Origin: Seison nebaliae | Taxonomy: Eukaryota | Assembly: GCA_023231475.1 (NCBI GenBank) | Contig: JALJEE010001494.1 | Location: 62,001 to 120,889, forward strand | Reading direction: 5' to 3' | Length of the DNA stretch: 58,889 bases | In this document: positions 27,442 through 37,576 of the stretch, piece by piece | How positions within the stretch are numbered: position 1 is the first letter of the stretch | Layout: each line of letters opens with the position of its first letter | Notes under the pieces: generated by a model | Seen by the model: only the letters and a program-made list of their open reading frames with translations | Databases searched by the model: none | Told to the model about the DNA's origin: nothing | Program-made: the position numbers and the translations under genes

Positions 27442-28023
27442 GAGTAAAATAATGAAATTAATTGAAGAGATGAGAGAGAAGGAAGGGAGACAGATGGAGA
27501 GCAATGAAGCCGCACCAAATTCTGTTGAATGTGGAAAGCCAATTTATCTTAAAATGCCATTCTCTCATGTTTTTGTTGGTGGCAGCGGGCTAAATGAATC
27601 GACTAGACGTTTAATAAAGAGAAGGGAAGTAAAAGGAATTGATTAAATGAAAAAAATTTATTTTTAAATTTTCAACTTAAGTTTTCGGCTGAAGAAAAGT
27701 TCTTTTCTTTTTTTTATTTTTAAAAAATTCTTTAGATACTTCTCCTTGTTGTTGTTGATTCTTGTTCTTGTTATTGGTATAGTAGTTGGTGTGTGGAAGA
27801 TGGAAATGATGAATAATTTATTTGTTTTTTCTTCTAATAAAATTGAATGAAGTGATATATTTGTGTGAGACAATAGAATGATTTGTTGAAAGGAGGAAAT
27901 ATTCATGTGAATTGTCTTGTCTGTTTGTCTTCCATCAATCATCATCATTGTCTTCTTCCTCTATTACGGCAATTTATCATTTCTATTATTTTCTAAATTT
28001 AAATTATTCTTCTTTTCCACTTT

Positions 28024-28440
28024 TCACTGTTGTTGGTAACCTCCAAAGCCGATTGTTTGATTCGGAGGATATCCACCTTGTCCCTGATACATGTACGGAT
28101 TAGGTTGTGGGGGAATTGCCGGTTGTTGTTGTTGGGCGTAAGGACATGTGGGAGATATGGGTCTGATGGGTGAGATGGGTCTCATTATCGGTGATATCGG
28201 TCTCATTGGTGGTGAGATGGGACGTTGAAGAGGTGGAGAAATTGGTCGACCGATTTGACTTCCAGGTATTCCAGGATTGTAATTAGGAAGGTTTGGTGGA
28301 ATATATCGATCATAGTTGGGTTGGTAGTTGAAACCGGATTGGTTAGGTTGTGGCATATATTGTGCTTGTGGTGGTTGCACAGGAATATTAGGATTATATC
28401 CGTAAGGATTCTTATCTGGTTTTGAATTTTTCTCACCCAT
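28024..28440 (-). CDS. Small Pro/Gln/Tyr-rich protein with five RPISP repeats (138 aa), function unknown
   Basis: ATG at 28440 (MGEKNSKP...), single exon, GC content higher than the flanks, RPISP x5. Confidence 0.75.
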   Translation of the reverse strand: MGEKNSKPDKNPYGYNPNIPVQPPQAQYMPQPNQSGFNYQPNYDRYIPPNLPNYNPGIPGSQIGRPISPPLQRPISPPMRPISPIMRPISPIRPISPTCPYAQQQQPAIPPQPNPYMYQGQGGYPPNQTIGFGGYQQQ

Positions 28441-28892
28441 AATGAAGAAAATCAACTAAAATTTTCTTCTAATTGTTTGCTGAAAGAGAATGTTTTATGA
28501 TATTTTTTTTTTAAATAAAATTATTATTAGTCGTTTAGGATGAATACATTTATCTGTCAATCTATTAATCCTTTACCTTAAACTAATTACCATCGACACA
28601 GAATAGTCTCTAGTCATACCGATGTCGTTTCGATGACGTCAATTGTGTTTTCAGATAAAAAATTTTTTGATTTTCCTCAAATCATCTTCTCCGTCCCTTT
28701 AATTAATGATTAATCGTCATAACCTTACCAATAAATCACATGATTTCTCAGTCGAAATGAATTATTACTCAACTTGTCAGTTTTAGTAATTTACTAGTTA
28801 GATCTTAATCGGAATTTTGCTAAACTTAAATTTTGAGAATTTTGGAAAAATTAAAAATTCATCTCTAATTTTTTCAATCTGCAATTCGCTCA

Positions 28893-28906
28893 GTTGTCAT
28901 GGCAAC
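28893..28906. promoter_or_regulatory. X-box (RFX-binding site)
   Basis: GTTGTCATGGCAAC, a near-perfect 14-bp X-box palindrome ~115 bp upstream of the MORN3 ATG. Confidence 0.8.
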
Positions 28907-29019
28907 TATTGCTTACTCGAGAAGTAAATAAACTAAATGTAAAATTGAAATGAATATAATTGAATTGAATGAAAACTTAAGTTTCATCTAGGATTTAATT
29001 TCGGGCTAATAACACCACC

Positions 29020-30218
29020 ATGAATGGACAGTTGAGAAAACGGGAGAAGTTCAAGTCGAAATGGGTTCTCGCCGATGAGCAAGCTAGAAAGAACGGTATT
29101 CGATGTAAGATTTATGAGACGAATGGAAATACTTATGCTGGTGAATGGAAAGATAATAAGAGACATGGTAAAGGATCATATTTTTGGAAGGAAACTCATT
29201 TAGTATATGAAGGTGATTGGTTAGAAGGTAATCGGACTGGTTACGGAATGATCAGTCATCAAACAGAGAAAGGAGATTTGAGGAAATTATACGCAGGAAA
29301 TTGGCATATGAATAAACGTCATGGTCAGGGAACATATTTCTATGAAAACGGAGATTATTATGAAGGCGAATGGGTCAATGATGTGAGAGAAGGTTGGGGA
29401 AAGATGATGCACAGTAATGGTGATTCGTATGAAGGATATTGGTCAAATAATCTCCGACATGGTCTCGGTATGTACATTTTCGGTTCATATTTATTTCTCT
29501 CATTTATTAATACTCTTCAATTAAACTTTAGCGAATGGTGATCGATATGAAGGCGGTTGGCATGAAGATGTTCGACATGGAGAAGGAAAATTCTTCTTTC
29601 GAAAAAAACGACGATTATATGAAGGCGAATGGAACATGAATACTCCCATTCATGGAGAATTCACCGATATTGTCGGTCATGAAGATGATCTTGATTATGA
29701 ATCGGTTAATCGTAATCAATTAGACGAGACGATTATGTTGCCGAAAGTTTGTATATTCTTCTCCATCTTTCTTTTCGTCATTTTAATTTTCGTCATTTTC
29801 ATTTTCAAATTTTAATTTCCTCTAAATTTCATATTAATTTATTTTGATTTCTTCTAATTTTCTTATAAATTTTTTTTTTTTTTTTTTAGTGTTTTCTAAA
29901 TGAGAAGAAATAGTCAGTTCAATAATTTTTCGTTTTCTTTCAATTTCCAATTAACTAAATGTCTTATCTTCAACTTCTAATCGATTAGGACCGGGACAAA
30001 TTCGAAACTGAAAGATTTAAGAAGATGTTCGATGAATTTGATACAGTTGTCGTCGATAAATACTATGAGGAGATTAATGAGAAGGAGATGGAAACGATTG
30101 ATGACTTTGCTCGAATAGCTAAGGAATGCGTTCACAACTATAGGGTTTCCTTCAAATATTTAGTTCAAATCTATTCAATCTCTTGTTCTTTCCTCCTTAG
30201 ACTTTTCGCTCACGATAA
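29020..30218 (+). CDS. MORN3: MORN repeat-containing protein 3-like
   Basis: Exons 29020-29482 and 29532-29746 encode ~7 MORN repeats (Y.G.W....RHG.G) after the N-terminal 'ARKNG' segment. The 3' end is uncertain: either 29989-30144 plus 30201-30218, or a short terminal exon 29890-29913. Confidence 0.8.
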
Positions 30219-31166
30219 GATAAAACATTTAGAATGAAATATCAGAATCAGTAATTCTTCATCATTCTCATCCTTCCATTCATCCCATTAGTTGTTATTT
30301 TTTTGTTTTTATCTTCACATTCATTCTTCTTTCCACAATTTTATCCTTTTTCATTTGTTTGAACACTTTAATTTGAACTAGAAACATATTCGTAGAAATA
30401 GAATATTCTTCTTATTCATCATTCTATATTCATGTTCTTGAGTTTTATCTACCACAATTGTGTTCTTTCTTTCAATTTTCCCGATTTCCGTCTTTTCTTC
30501 TACCGAGTAAACGTTTGAAATTTGTTTGCAACTGAAATTTATAAATTGATTATTCGTCTTCACAACTTAATGAAATTGTTCAAAAAGCTTCTGAAATTCG
30601 AAAATTTTATGGAAGATTCATTTTTCAATAAACTCAAGTTCCATATTCAAATAGAATATACCTATCCCAAAAATGGGAGAAAAGTTCCCCACGATTTTTT
30701 TAGGATGATTATGGATAGAATATTGAAGTTGTATAAAAAAATGATATTTGATGAAAAATATCAAATTTTTTAAAAGAAGAACAAATTAAAAGATTGATTT
30801 GAATGTTAAAATAATTTATTTGATGATAAAAAAAAATGATCAAGAAATAAATTCTTACGAAATAGTTGGAACTAGTTGAAAGGGGGGTGGGGAATGGGAT
30901 CTTAGGAAATTCAGGGGAAATAGTTCAGAAGGATCACACAATGATAAGTTCGATTGTCCACTGATGAGAAAAGGATGAGAGAAAATTTAATATTGAACTT
31001 ATCGATGATCTTTCATATAAACTATTTCATCTAAATGAGAAGGTGTCATCGGTGGAAAAAAATATGAAAAATAGAAATAAATAAAATATTCGAGAAGATT
31101 ATTTTGAAAATTTTCTTTCAATTTCATCTTCTTCTTAATGTTTTCTTTGAATGATTTCCATCACAA

Positions 31167-31538
31167 TTAGTAGTAATAATGATGTCGTCCTCGTCCTCGT
31201 CCTCGGCCTCGACTTCGACCTCGTCGACCACTTTGATATGTTGACGGATAGTGACTGTAGGAATAAGTGTTGTAATATGGAGAGGAGTGATAATAGTCGT
31301 TCAATCCATATCCGTTGTAGTAGTAGTAAGTTCCGTAAGAATTGTAATGTCTCTTGTCCTTCTCGAACATTTGGGAGCTGTTCCAGAATTTCGTGATTTC
31401 TTCCAGTTGTTCATACTGTAACTTGAGATTATCATATTCCTTTTGTAGTTGCATCATCTTTTCGTCTTCTTCGTGATGATCGGCGAGTATCATCGATAAT
31501 CCGATGGAAATGATAAATAGACTAAAAATTATCTTCAT
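31167..31538 (-). CDS. Secreted Tyr-rich, RG-tailed protein (123 aa)
   Basis: Signal peptide, acidic coiled-coil pro-region, KR site, then a 60-aa segment with 18 Tyr and a GRRGRSRGRGRGRGR tail. Confidence 0.85.
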   Translation of the reverse strand: MKIIFSLFIISIGLSMILADHHEEDEKMMQLQKEYDNLKLQYEQLEEITKFWNSSQMFEKDKRHYNSYGTYYYYNGYGLNDYYHSSPYYNTYSYSHYPSTYQSGRRGRSRGRGRGRGRHHYYY

Positions 31539-31578
31539 ATTTTAGTGTGGTTGGAATGAGAGAATTCTAATTCTTATG

Positions 31579-31613
31579 AACTGATTTATTAGAAATATAT
31601 TTCGCTTTTTATA
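31579..31613 (-). promoter_or_regulatory. TATA box plus initiator of the Tyr-rich gene
   Basis: TATAAAAAG at 31613-31605 and Inr TCAGTT at 31584-31579. Spacing from the TATA T to the Inr A is 31 nt, which is canonical. Confidence 0.7.
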
Positions 31614-31739
31614 CTGATTTCCTATGAATCCCTCATGTGATTTTCATCAGATTTAAAAATGTCAAAACAAATTGAACGATTAAACTTTATTAAAGAAATT
31701 AAATTAAATAAAAATTTGACAGGAGTTCTCTTTATAAAA

Positions 31740-32734
31740 TTAATTGGGAATTAATTGTCGTTCTTTAATGAGAACGGTCTGATTGAGATAAGAGATATTT
31801 GTGTATAAAATTCGATAATCCACAATTCCCATTTCTCCTTTTTCACTGTTCTTTTGAGTTGGTTGGGGAATGGTACATTCATGTTTAATTGTGAGTGGAC
31901 GAAGTCCTTCTACAATTCGTTTCTCCTCCTGTAATAACTTCAATTCTTCCATGGCTGATTCTTTTAACTTCCTTTTTCTCAATTTCTTCCTTTTATTTTC
32001 TACATTCAATTCAATAAAAATATTACTCGTATGCGATCGACGACGGTTACTTCGACGACGACCTACCACTACATTTTTTTCATCGTCCGATCCTTCCGGT
32101 TTCCATTCATCGTCATTCCCTGATAAGTCGGAGGACTCGGACGAAATAGATGATTTTAAAATAAGTTCATCTTTCTCCGTCGTTTCTCCTTCCAACGATT
32201 CAGACGACGATAATTTAAATAATTTCTTCTTTTTCTTCTTTTCCTCCTTCGAAATTTTCAACTTTTTAATTTCAAAGAAGAAAATTATTTGAATGGAATT
32301 TAAATTAATTTTAAACTTTCAATAATTCTTTTCTTCTCAATTCGTGTTCTTTCTGACGTTGTTTCCTTTCTTCGTTAATTTGTCTTTCGATAAATTCTAA
32401 TAAACCATTTCGTCGCAATTCTTTCTCATCCTCCCAAGTATTTCTTCATAAAAACTCTCCAATAAATGAATTTGATTAAAGAAAATGAACTTGTTCTTAT
32501 TCTTCCATCTGATTAAGTACTCGACCGATCCCTATGACTGATTTAGAAACGATCGAAGGAAAAAGAACTAACATTATTCCATCTCTTCCCAAGTATTCGG
32601 TCAATATGTTCGCGAAGTTTGGTCATGCAAACTCACTGAAACAAACACTTAATTCTTCCTCTTATTTTCAAACTGAAAAACGACTCTTGCTAGATGATTA
32701 TGTCAATCAGTTATACCTCATACACTTTCTCCAT
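31740..32734 (-). CDS. Polycomb/CBX chromobox protein (chromodomain + Pc box)
   Basis: Exons (32734-32717?), 32605 (or ATG 32626)-32573, 32531-32491, 32443-32317, 32261-31740 give IDRILGKRWNN|GSVEYLIRWKNKNK|NTWEDEKEL. C-terminal YTNISYLNQTVLIKE resembles the Pc box (TDVT.N..TVT.KE). The start is uncertain (see findings). Confidence 0.8.
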
Positions 32735-33283
32735 TATATTACTAACATTTTTATCGTTCTTACATAATTCTTAATGATATTATTCATCAAAATTAAGAAA
32801 ATTATTTTACGAATGATGAAGAGGGGGAACGAAAATATTCTTTTTACAATTTAAGCTCACCAATTATTTCCATTTAGTTTTCGCACCTTTTTAAATTTTC
32901 AAATTACGTTTTCTTTTCTAGTTCAGTTCACTAATCATCTTATTCCACAATATTTCCCCTCTGGAGAAATTCAGTTTCTTCCGATCATCCAGTCAATTTG
33001 TTATTGGAGAATAATTGAATTTAATGTAGTTACCCAATTTCGTTTTATAAATTTTTTAAATTTCTATGAATTCACTTCCGATTTTAATTAACTTTTAAAT
33101 CACATTCAATTTTAAACCGATAAATAATTTTATATAAGAAATTGAATTTTCCAATACGATATTGGGAATTCAATATATTGATAGAAACGAATAATTTAGT
33201 TTTACAAAACATTTTTTATAACTTTATTAAATTTTCTTTAATCGTTCTTAGTTTTCTGCCATTCCAGATCCAATTAGTCAATA

Positions 33284-36200
33284 ATGTCACCGACACCGCC
33301 TAAGTTACCATTTCGACCTCCACGCACCTCAAAATGTCGATTAATCAAATGGTTAAGCGACGATTGCTCAGATATTTTCATCAAAGTTGATGATGCGGAA
33401 TTAACTGATGATGAAAATAGCAGTTTTGATGGGACATCTGATTTTTCATCCATACCGCCCGTAGTTCTATGTAGCTTAGAGACAGCACGAAACAGAAATA
33501 ATTCATTAGCATCACAATTGTCGCCCGATGGGATAACGTTGACTGGTTTGAATGATGAGGAAGTCATTTTCACGTCAACACCAGTGAAGGATGAAGGTTT
33601 GCCTTCCGACAGTGAAATCGAATCTAATACTTCCAATGCTTCGCGTTAAATAATTTCCTTAATTTTTTCAAAATCTCAAATTGAATTTCTTAGATTTATT
33701 ATTGACACAAGTGAATGATATTTCATTAATTCATGAAATTGAACGTTATTTCGCTTCGACGAACATTGCCCGTTTCTCCCAATTGAAAGAAGAAATGATA
33801 TTCGATGAAGACGAATCATATGATGATGTTTCACGAATTTTGAATTATGGAGAGAATCAAGCGAATGAAAGTCGACAAAATAATTTATTTGCGAGACCGA
33901 CAAGATCATTCGAAGAATGTGAAACAACGAAAACTTTCCAAATTGTCATTGAGAGTTTAGACTATGGTTTACCCCAAGACATTTGGAAACAGATATTTCG
34001 TAACACTTTGAAAATGTTCAATATCAACATTCAAAAAATTATTATTGATGGTCAATGTGCTGACATCATATTCCAAGCGAATGATTCTGTGACGATGTAT
34101 GGAATCATTAATCATATCGATAATAAGCGACAAGCCTTTCATCGTATCCATTGTTATTCGATGGAAACGGTGAAATATAAATTGATGTGTGCCGTTAATG
34201 ATTTGTGTGAGAATAAACGACAATTATCGATACCCAGATCAAAATTCGTCGAATTTTTAAGAGTCAATTATTCGTTAACTTTGAGAAATTCTTATTTGAA
34301 ATATTTGAAAGAGATCGAAGTCGTTTCTAAATCCAATTCGAATTCTCATCATCTGCAATTGAACAAAGAGAAGATTTTAGTTCATGACTTTCATTCATAT
34401 ATTTCCACATTCGCTTACACCATCTTCTGTTTGAGACATACGATAATGAATGTGAAAAGTTTATCGCCAAATGATTTCGAGAAGAAATTCCATTATATTC
34501 TACCGTCAGTACGAATTTCTTTATCTGAACTCTCATTGATCGTTCATCGATTATTAACGAATCATAACGGTTTGATTCATGTGGCATCGTTAGTGGATTG
34601 TATTGGCGATATCGGTCTGTTTGATTCGAATAACCGTTCGACGGAATCGGTCAATTTGGAACATCTGCTTTCCATTCTGCAGGATGTGGTCTTCGAATAT
34701 GGTGGAATGCCGTTGGTGTCGAATGAGAAGAATCAATATAAATTTTTCAATAAATCCATTCGATGGAAACGGAATGATGATGCTTATAATCTGGGAATGG
34801 ATTATCATCGGAATCAGAATGATTTCAATAAATTGAAAATTAATTATCAATATTTGAAGGAGAAATATCCGGAAGCGAAAACGAATTATAATTTGAATCT
34901 CATTCTCCGATATCATATCTTGAAAATTTTGATCGATGCGTCTGATAATAATAATTTATTGAATTTCAACACTCTCTCCGACCAATATCTGACGAGATAT
35001 CATGTCGATTTGAAAACGGCTTTTAACAATCAAACAGATTTCGTCAGTTACATCCAATTCTATATAATGAGTGTGGAGATTTTGGGGAATGGTAAATGTA
35101 TTCACTTCTCTCTTACACACAATGCACAACTGAAACGATTATCATATGATTTGGAATTGATATTTTTAATAAAGCGAAAGAAGTTCTTGACATTCGATGA
35201 AATTAAACGATATTACAAACACATTTATCAACGTCAATTAACACCGACCATTTATGGTCTATGTGAAGAGAAGGATCTGTTACAATACATCGAATCTTCT
35301 TCAATTCGTCGTCGTAATTGTGATGAGAAATCGTTCAATCTTAAAAATAATAATGAAAATTATGATAAACAATTAAGTACGTTCCAACCGAATGAAATTG
35401 TTTTCAATTTATCTTCAATCTCATTCGACATGACTCAACGAATTCTCATCAATAATTGTTTCGAAAAGATTTTTGATATTTTGAAAAAAATGAAAAATTT
35501 CTCTTGCGATTTCTATTTCTTACCAATGCACTATCAGATGGTTTGTGATGAACAATTTCCTCTAATGAAAATCGGATTTCCTTCAATCATTCGGTTTATC
35601 TGCGATTTCGCACCATCTTCCCATTTCTCTTATTCATCGAAACAAATTCGTTTATCAAACGAACAAATACTTATTGAATCATTCAAACGATTATCGAGGA
35701 AGAATTCCATGACTACTCTCGACAATTGTTATCAGTTGACACACGATTATGATTTTGAGAAATTAATTGAGGATAATCCTCGTATTCCTGATTATTTCTC
35801 ATTATCTAAACCGACATCATCGGAATTCCTCAAGACTATTCTCGTCAAATATTCGACATTCTCCTATTTTTTAGAGGATGTCGATCCATCGAATAATGTC
35901 GTCATTGGACGATATATTCCTAATATTCAAGCGTTATCTATTTTAGTTCCTTATGTTCTGACAGCCATCTCCAAACACATCACTCAACGTTATCAGCAAT
36001 CGACATTTATTTACACATTATTCGAAATGGGAGAAACTTTGAAAAAATCTGGTATTCCAATAACGCCATTAGTGGAAGAGAATTGTGATATTTTATCGCC
36101 AATCCAATTTCATATTTCTGATATTGTCCATGTGTTAGAGACGTGTTTACCTCCACTACAATTAGAATTGAATTCCTCCAAATTCCATTTGGAAGATATT

Positions 36201-36563
36201 CTCGTCAATCCGTTAATGAAAGATTTGTTGAAGAAACATCACATCTCATTCGTTTATCGTAATGGACATTATTCAGTTTGTCTAAGAATCGGTTTCTTCA
36301 TTTTCCATTTAGTTAGATCGTTAATTCAAAAACATAATATGATATTGGCATTGACGGATCTGGTGAAACATTATAATGGATTATCATCACATTTAACATT
36401 ATATTTGACGAAAGAGAAAGACATCGATTTGTTTAACAAACTTCTTTTATCATCTCCATTAATCTTAAATTGTAACGATTGGTACGAAGTGTTTCATTCG
36501 TCTTTCGGTGCCGGTTTATTTATGGAACGACGCAATTGTATTATGATGAAGAATTTGAGTTAA
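33284..36563 (+). CDS. MARF1/limkain-b1-like protein (RRM + tandem LOTUS/OST-HTH)
   Basis: Exons 33284-33644 and 33694-36563 (49-nt phase-1 intron). Segments IESLDYGLPQ (RRM), LPSVRISLSELSLIVHRLLTNHNGLI, VNLEHLLS and repeated Y...Y...L....YG/IGF LOTUS-like units resemble MARF1 as I recall it. Confidence 0.7.
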
Positions 36564-37115
36564 CTCATATTCTTCTCCATCAACACTATTCTATATATCA
36601 CTAACGATGTTTATTTATAGATATTTTTAATTTATTCAGTTTTTATTCGTTCAAACATCTCATGATTTTCGACGAACTACTCCAGTCTAGTTATATCACA
36701 CATTTTCACAGAAGTTAAAATTATAGACGATTGTATTCATCTCGGTGTTCTCTCAGAAGTTTAAGTGTATTCATTTTAACTTTTCATTGGTCTTTAATTT
36801 ATTCTTCTTCTCAACAAAATTGTCATATGACGATATTTCCATTCAATTATTTTTCATTCTCACATCTAGAGTATATTCTTTTAATTTTCTCCTTTCTATT
36901 TATTCATCAATTATTTATCCGCTTAACCTGATACATTTTCTTTAATGTTTTATTACTAATTCGATTAACTTTAATTTATTAAATCTTTCAGAAATTTAAA
37001 AGTTTCACTTTTTGAATATTCAACCTCATATTATTTTAGAGTGGTATTAATTCAAATTTCCCTATTGTCATTTCTATTAAGTAAAAAAGAAGAATAACAT
37101 TTTCGAATTTTGAGA

Positions 37116-37422
37116 ATGGCTAATTTAGACAATTATTATAATACGATTATTTCACGAGGATATGCTAAATTCGTCATCCAATATTTTCGAATAAAAAACG
37201 ATACTTTCCTCACCCATTTTAGAACATTTTGGTGATTCTATCACTCGTTTTATGGGTGAAAAGAAAACAGCATTTTTTTGAAGCTTTAGTTGAAGATGAA
37301 TATGCTAATAAAAAAAAGTTGTAGAAATTTTATAGAAAATAATTTTATTTTTTGGCTTGATAAATAACGATAGGAGTTCATGTAATGCTTGGAATTTGAA
37401 AATGAGTAACATAAAATGGTAG
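37116..37422 (+). CDS. Candidate 3-exon microprotein (~66 aa, one hydrophobic segment)
   Basis: Exons 37116-37172, 37223-37317, 37374-37422 join in frame across 50- and 56-nt GT-AG introns. No homology recognised. Confidence 0.3.
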
Positions 37423-37576
37423 AAAATAAGAAATGAATGATAATGTTAGTACTTATTATTATTTATTAATATCTAATTTAAAGACAATACGTTTTAATAA
37501 ATCGAAATTCTAACGAACATTTTCTTTTTAATTTTGATTGAATTCTTCCGATTAGACATAAAATTGGGTGAAGCTA

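Noticed and set aside
27098..27948. Short ORFs upstream of adducin
   Set aside because: Driven by GA repeats and AT-rich sequence; no motifs or consistent exon structure.
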